NCBI GenBank assembly: GCA_964579635.1
Contig: CAZOFV010000004.1
Location: 817 to 64,816 of the forward strand
Direction: 5' to 3'
From: an uncultured Candidatus Saccharibacteria bacterium
Lineage (GTDB): Bacteria > Patescibacteriota > Minisyncoccia > Phycocordibacterales > VMEP01
Length of the DNA stretch: 64,000 bases
Shown: positions 11,484 through 19,606 of the stretch, piece after piece
Layout of the letters: every line of letters starts with the position of its first letter
Position numbering within the stretch: position 1 is the stretch's first letter
The notes under the pieces: model-generated
The model's database searches: none
Told to the model about the DNA's origin: nothing
The model's input: the letters and a program-made list of their open reading frames with translations, nothing else
Program-made: the position numbers and the translations under genes

Positions 11484-12056
11484 TTACTCGCTAAAAACAA
11501 AAACTTTCACTTTTGCTGGTCTTATTACTTTCCCTTGTAGAACATATCCATTCTGAATTATTTCCGCAATCACGTGATCGTTTTCCTTGTCTTTCGTTTG
11601 GATGTTTTCTACCGCATTGTGGTAATTTGGATCAAAAACTTCACCTATCTTACCAATCTCCTCTACTCCCATATTGCTTATTGATGTTTTCAGCTGTGAC
11701 GCAATATATTCAACCCCCTTACGCCAATTTTCATCAACCTTTTCCCATGATTCTTTGTTGGCAAAAGCTAAAGCAAAACTATCAAGTACCGGCAATATTT
11801 CTAAAACCATTCTCTCACTAGCAATGCGTGTCGCATTTGTCCCTGATGTAAGCTCGTCTTTTCTTGCGTTTATATAATCTGCCTTAGCCCTCTGCCAACC
11901 AGCTAAATATTCATCTCTTTCCTTTAGCGCTGTGGCCAACTTATCACGGAGTTCTTTAATTTTTTGTTTAGAAACAGAAATTTCACCTTCGCTTTCGTCT
12001 GGTTCAAAAGCAAAGTCGTCTTTGATATTTTCCTCCTCGTTTAATTCATCTGTCAT
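11484..12056 (-). CDS. grpE: Nucleotide exchange factor GrpE
   Basis: QRAKADYIN, FDPNYHNAV, GY.LQGKVIRPAKVKV; adjacent to dnaK. Confidence 0.96.
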   Translation of the reverse strand: MTDELNEEENIKDDFAFEPDESEGEISVSKQKIKELRDKLATALKERDEYLAGWQRAKADYINARKDELTSGTNATRIASERMVLEILPVLDSFALAFANKESWEKVDENWRKGVEYIASQLKTSISNMGVEEIGKIGEVFDPNYHNAVENIQTKDKENDHVIAEIIQNGYVLQGKVIRPAKVKVFVFSE

Positions 12057-12128
12057 AAATTTAAATAATTATGAGCTACTTTTTACATAGATCAAATTAT
12101 AGATAAATAGTTGAGTGTTATTAGAAAA

Positions 12129-12548
12129 CTAACGTTTCGACCACTGTGGAGCCTTTCGTGCCTTCTTCAAACCGAACTTCCTTCTTTCCTTCATTCTTGG
12201 GTCACGCTTTAGATAACCAAGTCTTTTTAATCGAGTTTTCAATTCCTCATCTGTTGTAGATAGCGCGCGAGCTATTCCGTGTCGCACAGCCTCTGCTTGA
12301 GAGTGAATACCACCACCCTTAACAAGTGCTGTAACAGAGTATTTCTCTAGTGGCTTTGCTTTATTGAAAGCATCCGTGATAATTCCCTGCATTTCTTCTG
12401 TTGGGAAATATTCTTTGTAATCTTTCTCATTAACAATAACATTCAATTTTGCTCCAGGAGTTACACGAACACGAGCAGATGATGTCTTGCGACGACCAAC
12501 TGTCTCAATATAGCGTCCTTCTTTTTTTGTTTTTGTTGTAGTTTCCAT
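12129..12548 (-). CDS. rpsI: 30S ribosomal protein S9 (start at second Met)
   Basis: GRRKTSSARV; C-terminal ERRKFGLKKARKAPQWSKR. Confidence 0.97.
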   Translation of the reverse strand: METTTKTKKEGRYIETVGRRKTSSARVRVTPGAKLNVIVNEKDYKEYFPTEEMQGIITDAFNKAKPLEKYSVTALVKGGGIHSQAEAVRHGIARALSTTDEELKTRLKRLGYLKRDPRMKERRKFGLKKARKAPQWSKR

Positions 12549-12552
12549 ATTA

Positions 12553-12897
12553 TTATTCGGTGACAATCAAATTCTTTAACATAACAGCCTGCAATCTATT
12601 TTTAGGAAGCATTCCTGTGATTGCAATCAACATAACTTCTTTCATTCCTTTTTTCTCAGCAACTTCTTCTAAACGCCTTTCTTTTAAACCACCTGGGTAT
12701 CCAGAGTATGTATGAAATAAAGTTTGTTTCTTTTTCTTTTCTGTAACCTTTGCTTTTGCGCAGTTCGTGACAGTAACTACAACCTCAGGTGCTTTGTTTC
12801 GCACAAAAGATGTTGTGTTTTTACCCATAAGTAAAGACGCTGCTTCTGTTGCAACTCTACCTATTGTTTTTCCTGTGGCATCTATTGTGTATTTCAT
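12553..12897 (-). CDS. rplM: 50S ribosomal protein L13 (short form)
   Basis: IDATGKTIGRVAT, YSGYPGGLK, GMLPKNRL; precedes rpsI. Confidence 0.95.
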   Translation of the reverse strand: MKYTIDATGKTIGRVATEAASLLMGKNTTSFVRNKAPEVVVTVTNCAKAKVTEKKKKQTLFHTYSGYPGGLKERRLEEVAEKKGMKEVMLIAITGMLPKNRLQAVMLKNLIVTE

Positions 12898-12905
12898 AAT
12901 CTTTT

Positions 12906-13262
12906 TTATATAAATTCAATAACAGCAAGCTTACTTGCATCACCCTTTCTTGGTGTTGAAAGCTTAGTTATACGAGTATAACCACCTGGTCTTTCAGCGT
13001 ACTTAGGGGCAATAACTTCAAAAAGTTTCTTTACCTCCTTAGTGCTGTTGAAAAACTCAGCACCAACAAGTCGTCTTGAAGCAAGAGAATCTTTTTTTGC
13101 TCTCGTAACAAATTTTTCAATATATGGTCGAAGTTCTTTTGCTTTTGCTTCTGTGGTTTTTATTTTTCCACGAATAATAAGAGCAAGTGCGAGAGAACGC
13201 ATAAGTGCCTTTCTCACTTTTCTTACACGACCGAATTTTCTGTTTGCATTATGGTGACGCAT
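12906..13262 (-). CDS. rplQ: 50S ribosomal protein L17
   Basis: MRH...IKTTEAKAKELR...RPGGYTRI. Confidence 0.97.
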   Translation of the reverse strand: MRHHNANRKFGRVRKVRKALMRSLALALIIRGKIKTTEAKAKELRPYIEKFVTRAKKDSLASRRLVGAEFFNSTKEVKKLFEVIAPKYAERPGGYTRITKLSTPRKGDASKLAVIEFI

Positions 13263-13263
13263 G

Positions 13264-14232
13264 TTATTTTAGTGTGATTCCGAAATTGCCAAGTACGCGC
13301 TTAATTTCCTGAATTCCTTTTTCTCCTAAACCGCCGACTTCAAGTAAATCATCTTTCTTTTTTCGTGCCAAGCCTCCAATTGTGCGAATATTTGCGTTAG
13401 TCAAAGCATTTAATGTTCTTGTTGAAAAATCGAGAGTTTCGATTCTTGTCTTCATAACATCATCATCCTCAACTTTCTCACCTTCGCCTTCATTTTTATT
13501 GGAAGACTGAGCAACGTGACCATCAATCTCAACTTCAGGCTCTTTAAAACCAACAATAGCCTTAAGCTGATGAATCATAACCTCAATAGAGCTTTCAAGA
13601 GCCTCTCGTGGTGTTAACGTTCCATCGGTCTCTACGAAAATACGAAGACGATTATAATCTGTACGATCACCAACGCGCATGTTTTCAACCTCGTAGTTAA
13701 CACGGCGAATTGGGGTAAAAATAGCGTCTACCGCGATATTCCCTATATCAACCTTATCTTTGTGCATAGCCTCTTTTGGAACATAACCAAGGCCTTTTTC
13801 AATACTTATTTCAATATTTAAAGATGCGCTTTTACCAACAAGTTCTGCAATATACGCATCACCATTTAGAACCTCAACTTGTCCTGGAGTTGTAATATCT
13901 TTTGCTGTTACAACCTTAGGTCCTTTTACAGACAAAGTAACTTTCTGTGGTTCATCTGTGAGCAACTTAAAACGAACTTTTTTCAAATTCAACAAAAGCC
14001 CAACAACGTCTTCTTTTACTCCATCTATAACAGAAAACTCATGACTAACTCCATCTATTTTAAGCGCAGTTATAGCTGCCCCAGGAAGTGAGGATAGAAT
14101 TATACGACGAAGAGAGTTACCTAGCGTGTGTCCATAACCAGGATAAAGTCCCTCTATTTCAAAAACAGCACTTGTCTCCTCTTCCGAAATAACTTTCGGC
14201 TTTGAAGGTAAAATAATGTTGTTGTCAGACAT
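13264..14232 (-). CDS. rpoA: RNA polymerase alpha subunit
   Basis: GYGHTLGNSLRRIILSSLPG, VENMRVGDRTDY, alpha-CTD. Confidence 0.98.
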   Translation of the reverse strand: MSDNNIILPSKPKVISEEETSAVFEIEGLYPGYGHTLGNSLRRIILSSLPGAAITALKIDGVSHEFSVIDGVKEDVVGLLLNLKKVRFKLLTDEPQKVTLSVKGPKVVTAKDITTPGQVEVLNGDAYIAELVGKSASLNIEISIEKGLGYVPKEAMHKDKVDIGNIAVDAIFTPIRRVNYEVENMRVGDRTDYNRLRIFVETDGTLTPREALESSIEVMIHQLKAIVGFKEPEVEIDGHVAQSSNKNEGEGEKVEDDDVMKTRIETLDFSTRTLNALTNANIRTIGGLARKKKDDLLEVGGLGEKGIQEIKRVLGNFGITLK

Positions 14233-14255
14233 AATATTTTTTTAAAATTAATAAA

Positions 14256-14888
14256 TTAACGACTATAAAATTCAATCACCGAATGTAAATTAACCGTCAT
14301 ATCCTTATCTTTCTCTAAAGGAAGGCCTTTAATTTCTGCTTTGCCGTTCTTTGCGTCAAAAGAAATCCATCCTGGTACCTTGTGGTCTATCATTCTTTTT
14401 CCCGCTTCGATTATTGGGGAAGTTTCCTTACTTCCTTCTCTAACCGCGATAACATCTCCAACCTTAATTGCTCTTGATGGAACCATTGAGCGAACTCCGT
14501 TGACTGTAATGTGTCCATGAGAAACCATTTGCCTTGCCATTGTTCTTGATTTTGCTAAACCAAGGCGGAAAGTAATGTTGTCGAGACGATTTTCAAGGCT
14601 TTGATAAAGACGCTCTGCTGGATCACCTGATTTCTTTGCAGATGCCTTAATGACATAATTGGAAAACTGTTTTTCACTTACGCCATAAATATTACGAACT
14701 TTCTGTTTCTCACGGAGCTGTCGGCCGTATTCAGTAATAGTTGATTTGTGTTTTCTTTCTGAATCTAGTTTACCTGGTGGATAAGGCTTTTTATTAAAAA
14801 CACACTTTGGAGTAAAACACTTCTCCCCTTTAAGGAAAAGTTTTTCTCCAGCACGACGACAGACTTTACATTTTTTATCGATTATCAT
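14256..14888 (-). CDS. rpsD: 30S ribosomal protein S4 (Zn-binding Cys form)
   Basis: CKVCRR..KC...KC, EYGRQLREKQK, LENRLDN. Confidence 0.97.
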   Translation of the reverse strand: MIIDKKCKVCRRAGEKLFLKGEKCFTPKCVFNKKPYPPGKLDSERKHKSTITEYGRQLREKQKVRNIYGVSEKQFSNYVIKASAKKSGDPAERLYQSLENRLDNITFRLGLAKSRTMARQMVSHGHITVNGVRSMVPSRAIKVGDVIAVREGSKETSPIIEAGKRMIDHKVPGWISFDAKNGKAEIKGLPLEKDKDMTVNLHSVIEFYSR

Positions 14889-14893
14889 GATAT

Positions 14894-15328
14894 TTATATT
14901 CTTCGTGGTTTCTTAGGTTTTGGTCCATTGTGTGGAACAGGTGTCTTGTCTTTGACGCTCTCCAAATCAATCCCTTTGGCGATAAAAGCTCTAACTAAAG
15001 ACTCTCTTCCAGAACCAACTCCTTTTATAACGACATTTACCTCTTTCATACCAACAAGCATTCCTTTTTCTCCCATAAGTTCGCCAACTTTAGCAGCAGC
15101 AAAAGGAGTACCTTTCTTCGCACCCTTAAAACCGAGAGCGCCGGAAGATGACCAAAACAAAGCGTTACCACTTTTATCTGCCAAAAGTGCTTTAGTGTTG
15201 TTGTACGTTGCCTGCACAAAAAGAGTTCCTGATGCAACTTTTTTCTTTGGAACCTTAGATAAAGAGCGAGATTTTAATCCCTCGTCAGCTCCACTTCCAC
15301 CCTTTTTTATAATTCTTTTTTTACCCAT
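14894..15328 (-). CDS. rpsK: 30S ribosomal protein S11
   Basis: ATYNNT, GFKGAKKGTPFAA, TPVPHNG. Confidence 0.97.
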   Translation of the reverse strand: MGKKRIIKKGGSGADEGLKSRSLSKVPKKKVASGTLFVQATYNNTKALLADKSGNALFWSSSGALGFKGAKKGTPFAAAKVGELMGEKGMLVGMKEVNVVIKGVGSGRESLVRAFIAKGIDLESVKDKTPVPHNGPKPKKPRRI

Positions 15329-15334
15329 GTTATT

Positions 15335-15715
15335 TTATGTTTTTTCAGCCTTACGTCTTCCCGAACCCATAGTCTTACGAACATTACCACGAACCGTACG
15401 AGAATTTGTTTTTGTGCGTTGACCGCGAGCTGGAAGTTTTTTTGCATGTCTTGTTCCGCGATAAGATTTAATATCTTTTAATCGCTTAACATTCCCACTT
15501 ATTTCGCGCCTCAAATCACCTTCTAGTTTTAAAGATTCAATTTCTTTACGAATTTTTGCTTCTTCTTCGGTGCTTAGCTCTGTTGCTTTTTTACCATGAG
15601 GAACTCCTGCGCGATCAAGTATAGCCTGAGCTCTAGCACGACCAATACCATAAAAAACAGTTAGAGCTATCTCTAATCTTTTTTGTTCTGGAACTGTTAT
15701 ACCAAAAATTCTCAT
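15335..15715 (-). CDS. rpsM: 30S ribosomal protein S13
   Basis: YGIGRARA, YRGTRH..LPARGQRTKTNSRT. Confidence 0.97.
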   Translation of the reverse strand: MRIFGITVPEQKRLEIALTVFYGIGRARAQAILDRAGVPHGKKATELSTEEEAKIRKEIESLKLEGDLRREISGNVKRLKDIKSYRGTRHAKKLPARGQRTKTNSRTVRGNVRKTMGSGRRKAEKT

Positions 15716-15735
15716 GTTTATATTTAAGCTTAAGA

Positions 15736-15849
15736 CTATCCTTGTCTTTGTTTATGTCGTGGATTATCGCAAATGACAACAACTAAACCCTTACGGCGTA
15801 CCATTTTACATTTTGCACATCTTTTTTTTACCGACGACTTTACTTTCAT
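15736..15849 (-). CDS. rpmJ: 50S ribosomal protein L36 (missing from ORF track)
   Basis: Manual translation [37 protein letters not shown]. Confidence 0.97.
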   Translation of the reverse strand: MKVKSSVKKRCAKCKMVRRKGLVVVICDNPRHKQRQG

Positions 15850-15932
15850 TTTTTTATTTAAAATTTTGCACTAAAAAAAACAGAACCCAACCCTTTTTAA
15901 GGGAGTGTTGTGTAAACCACATACTACAATAT

Positions 15933-16151
15933 CTATAATCTTTTTACAACCCTGCCTTTTCCACCATATGGATCAAGCTGTACGGAAACCCTATCTCCAA
16001 CCAAAACCTTTATTCGATTAAAGCGCATTTTCCCTCCTAAGTAGGCAAGAATCTCTGATCCATCCTTAAGCGTAACCTTAAAAAGGGTGCTAGGTAACGC
16101 TTCGGTTACAACCCCTTCCTTTACTAATTCTGGATCAACTTCATTACTCAT
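15933..16151 (-). CDS. infA: Translation initiation factor IF-1
   Basis: EGVVTEALPSTLFKV, GKMRFNRIKVLVGDRV. Confidence 0.96.
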   Translation of the reverse strand: MSNEVDPELVKEGVVTEALPSTLFKVTLKDGSEILAYLGGKMRFNRIKVLVGDRVSVQLDPYGGKGRVVKRL

Positions 16152-16200
16152 TTAGTGCTTAAAATATAACAAAATAATGATTTTTAGTCAAATTCTTTTT

Positions 16201-16378
16201 ACATACACCCTTAAAATACACGCATAAAATTCTGCTGAATTTTCGCTCTGCTCGCCCCGTCGGTCTGCGCAAGGTATTTTAGGGGTGTATGTGAGGAATA
16301 AAATACTATAAAAGACGCACGTAATTTTCTGCTGAATTTTTCTACACTCGCACTCGTCGTGCTCCGTAATGTTTTTAA
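16201..16378. repeat. Two adjacent copies of a branched palindromic element
   Basis: 19-bp inverted repeat 16201-16219/16274-16292; ttctgctgaatttt occurs twice, each followed by a GC-rich small hairpin. Confidence 0.7.
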
Positions 16379-16585
16379 AACGGAAAAATTGGGAATTTTT
16401 AAGAAAACTCACAAGCAAGTCTGTGTAAAGTATTTTCTACTTTATATTTTTATTACATAAAAATATAAACCCTTGTTTTTTCTAAAAACTGTGGTTAAAT
16501 CACTTAAGGTTTGTATGTGTCCCAACAACACACACAAAATTCCATGTGTTCTTTTACCACACAACTTGTAATGAAAGGATTAAAA

Positions 16586-16897
16586 ATGAGATTTCCTTAT
16601 TGTCACACGCCAGTTGATCCCGAAATAAGCAGGATGGCCGAGGCAAGAATCAACGCACTGACTGATAAACGCAAAAGAGAAGTCCGGCGCGAACTGTATG
16701 AAAACAAGATTCCGTTTCGACCAAAAGGATGCTCCTGTGGCAAATGCGACATCATGGAATACGACCAATGGATTATCGGGGATGAAACCTGTAATACCGA
16801 ACTAAATTTTTTTTGGAATCCGGAAGTTTTCAGCGATTTTGAAAAATTCATTGTTCAGTGGAAAGAGTACAAAACGGGGCAAACCGCTACGGAGTAA
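16586..16897 (+). CDS. Orphan hypothetical protein with Cys cluster (CSCGKC)
   Basis: ORF track 16511-16897; ATG 16586 preceded by AAAGGA; terminator follows. Confidence 0.6.
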   Translation: MRFPYCHTPVDPEISRMAEARINALTDKRKREVRRELYENKIPFRPKGCSCGKCDIMEYDQWIIGDETCNTELNFFWNPEVFSDFEKFIVQWKEYKTGQTATE

Positions 16898-16931
16898 TAT
16901 CTAGGCGCTTCACTTCCATTGTTAAAAAACC

Positions 16932-16962
16932 AAAATCCCTGAGGGCTACCTCGGGGATTTTT
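16932..16962 (+). terminator. Intrinsic terminator
   Basis: aaaatccctgagg-gcta-cctcggggattttt. Confidence 0.75.
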
Positions 16963-16984
16963 CGTATATATAAAGCGATAAAAA

Positions 16985-18343
16985 CTAATTATCGCTAACC
17001 TGAACAATTGAAATTTTTTCTTCGTTTGTTGGGATGTAGCGAGCCCAAAAAGGATTAACCGAAAGGGTTGCGGTTTTAATCCCTTTATGGCTCGTTAGTA
17101 AAGCGTTAAATTCATTCCTTGGTTTACCAGCAACATCTTTCTTCAGTTTATCAAAATCTACAACAGCCTCAGCTGTTGCCACGCCGTTTAAGGTAAATTC
17201 TAGATTTGTTACTTCAAGTATAGGTGTGTTATTGTTACCAAAAGCAAAAGTAAGGTTTTCTGTATCTTTTAGAGTAATACTATCAACATCTTTCATTAAA
17301 TAATTTGTTTTCTTTAAAACCTCTTTTGCTAACAAATCTTTCGGAAGTAATATTCCAACGTAAGTTCCTTTTTCTTTAACAATAACTCCACTTTCGTTCT
17401 TAACATCATCTTTTGTTTCAAAAGAAACTTCTGATGCTTCTTTAAACAAAACAAATCCTTCTGGTATTTGAGATGAAACTTGCCTTGTTAAAGAATCTTT
17501 AATGGAAGTCCTTAGTTCATTTCTCGCTGTGTTAATGGCTGCCGGAGAAGCTGTTTGAACACTACCAACATAACCACCCTTTATTTCACCTTTAGATCTA
17601 GCGTAAAACTTGCTGTATCTCGGATCACCTTTAAAGCCTGTAACAGTGAAATCGGCTAATCCGATGTTGTATTGTTCTCCCGGCTTGTCAGCATAAATAG
17701 AAACCTCAACCGATCCAGGAACCATTTCGCCGTTTACAGTCTTAAGACCTGGAACAACTACACTATCTACAATTCGGTATATCTTACCGTCTGTAGTTTC
17801 AAGTCGAGTATCTTTAAGTAATTTCTGAGTCGCGGTGCTATAAGCATTGTAAATTACCACCCGACCAGTGGCTTTTTCTGAAACATCCCTGGTTCCAGTA
17901 GAAGCAACAAGCTTACTTCCTTCTTCAGAAAAATTAACAGTTTCAAAATAAAGATTTGCTTTTGAGTCACTTTTCTTAGCCGCAAAACTACCTGAAACTT
18001 GAATTTGTTCTGATTTTGGGACAATTTTTAAATCTGCTCCAGAAAATATTACAGAAATTATTATATAAAAAGTAAAAATTACAACAGTTGGAACTGAAAA
18101 CCATGCTGTTTTCTTTATAAGATTCTTTGTTTTACCGACATTTTCGTTAGTAATTTTGTCGCCACGATGAATAGCTTGTTCTTTTAAAATATGCTCAACT
18201 TCTTTTTTCTTCGGTAAGATTTTTATTTCTCTATTTTTTATTGGAGTATGCTTGGCCTCCCCTTTCTGTAAAACATCAGAAAGCGGCCTTCTCTTATCAC
18301 TATGATGAAACATAACATCGTTTAAAATTCTCTTTTCCTTCAT
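16985..18343 (-). CDS. Single-TM protein with large extracytoplasmic, possibly Baseplate_J-like, beta domain
   Basis: Basic N-tail, one TM, KATGRVVIYN...VPGSVEVSIYADKPGEQYNIG; fold call from recalled resemblance only. Confidence 0.55.
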   Translation of the reverse strand: MKEKRILNDVMFHHSDKRRPLSDVLQKGEAKHTPIKNREIKILPKKKEVEHILKEQAIHRGDKITNENVGKTKNLIKKTAWFSVPTVVIFTFYIIISVIFSGADLKIVPKSEQIQVSGSFAAKKSDSKANLYFETVNFSEEGSKLVASTGTRDVSEKATGRVVIYNAYSTATQKLLKDTRLETTDGKIYRIVDSVVVPGLKTVNGEMVPGSVEVSIYADKPGEQYNIGLADFTVTGFKGDPRYSKFYARSKGEIKGGYVGSVQTASPAAINTARNELRTSIKDSLTRQVSSQIPEGFVLFKEASEVSFETKDDVKNESGVIVKEKGTYVGILLPKDLLAKEVLKKTNYLMKDVDSITLKDTENLTFAFGNNNTPILEVTNLEFTLNGVATAEAVVDFDKLKKDVAGKPRNEFNALLTSHKGIKTATLSVNPFWARYIPTNEEKISIVQVSDN

Positions 18344-18359
18344 ATTTAGATTATATCAT

Positions 18360-19577
18360 CTAGTCTTGTTCAAGACGAAAGTTTCCGTTATTGCTATGAA
18401 TAATATAGAAAACCCCTATTCCTAAAAATGTATCTATTTCCTCCTTTTCAAAAATGTGTTTTCCTCTTGTATTAAAAAGATTATTTGTATCAACAACAGA
18501 AAATGGTGTGTGGGTCATAACATACTGACTAAAACTTTCTTTTTTTATACCGTCGACCAGCCATTTTTTAATATCATCGTCAGATGTAAGAAAAACCTGA
18601 TCTGGTAGGTAGAAGGTATCTGCCAATTTAGCTAAAGATTTTTCAAAAGAAACAACCCATGAATCAAATACCTCAGAAAAAGCCTTCTCCATTTTTAAAC
18701 TTACCTCTTGGCTTGTCTTACCCTTAAAAAAAGCTCCCAACAAAGAAATAATTTCTTCTGCTGGCCTATGTAGAGACGAAGATAATCTACGAAAAATCGT
18801 GTTTCTTCCCAAGGGAAAAGATGTTATCTCAAGCAAAGCGCCATTCAAAACAAATGCGATGTCTGTCACCTCCCCACTAACGTCAACCAAAAGGGCATCG
18901 TCAAATTTCGGGTAAAGCTCACGGGCTGCAAAAAAATACGCCAAAGGAAAAGTTCCAAAAACAATTTCAATTTTAGGAAAAACATTTTTAACGGAAGTAC
19001 TAAATGCCTCTAAAACAATCTCTGGGGCAACGCTTAAATATAGGGGCATTTCGATAGTCTTTACCTTTTTACCAAAAGGATTCTCTGTCTCATAGCCATT
19101 ACATTTTAATTGAACTATATGCTGTTCAATTAAAACCAAATTATCTTCTTCTGCTGCTTTTTTAAATCTCCCCTTTATGTGTTCATTCTTGAATGCATTA
19201 CTTTCTTTTTTAACCAACTCTAAAAATAATTCCTCCGTAAAGATAAACGGATCGCGCTTACGCAAATTAACAACTCGTGTTTGAGATGCATACCAAGGAG
19301 AAGCTAAAATTAAATAAGCTTTTTTAATAGGATAATTTAAATCCTCTTTTATTTTTTTTGTCGCATTTTCAATACTTTTGGCGACAGTTTTCGTGAAGCG
19401 GTCAAAACGTAAATGTTCTTGAAATGGAATATTTTCTCTATGTATTTCTTTAAGTGTCCCCTTATCTATGACGTTGTTTTTGTTATTAGAAATTTCTGCG
19501 ACCGCAACACCAATACTCCCATTTCCAACATCAAATAAAAGAACAAACTCCTTATTATTTTTTGAAAAAAATCCCAT
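18360..19577 (-). CDS. Divergent FtsA/PilM-like actin-fold protein
   Basis: Phosphate-1-like LLFDVGNGSIG; phosphate-2-like LLVDVSGEVTDI; SFPLGRN. Confidence 0.7.
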   Translation of the reverse strand: MGFFSKNNKEFVLLFDVGNGSIGVAVAEISNNKNNVIDKGTLKEIHRENIPFQEHLRFDRFTKTVAKSIENATKKIKEDLNYPIKKAYLILASPWYASQTRVVNLRKRDPFIFTEELFLELVKKESNAFKNEHIKGRFKKAAEEDNLVLIEQHIVQLKCNGYETENPFGKKVKTIEMPLYLSVAPEIVLEAFSTSVKNVFPKIEIVFGTFPLAYFFAARELYPKFDDALLVDVSGEVTDIAFVLNGALLEITSFPLGRNTIFRRLSSSLHRPAEEIISLLGAFFKGKTSQEVSLKMEKAFSEVFDSWVVSFEKSLAKLADTFYLPDQVFLTSDDDIKKWLVDGIKKESFSQYVMTHTPFSVVDTNNLFNTRGKHIFEKEEIDTFLGIGVFYIIHSNNGNFRLEQD

Positions 19578-19606
19578 AAATCTATTTCTAAAATTGTATC
19601 ACACCA

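Noticed and set aside
12110-12122. CIRCE element upstream of grpE
   Set aside because: Only a partial half-site (TAACACTC); no matching inverted half at 9-nt spacing
14928-15422. 164-aa plus-strand ORF and the many similar antisense or nested ORFs in the track
   Set aside because: Shadows of well-supported genes (rpsK, dnaK, eno, ppsA and others) with no motifs of their own
16188-16418. 76-aa minus-strand ORF
   Set aside because: Non-ATG start and runs across the palindromic elements; likely spurious
16985-18343. Prophage or contractile injection system
   Set aside because: No sheath, tube, capsid or terminase genes nearby; the protein has a TM anchor
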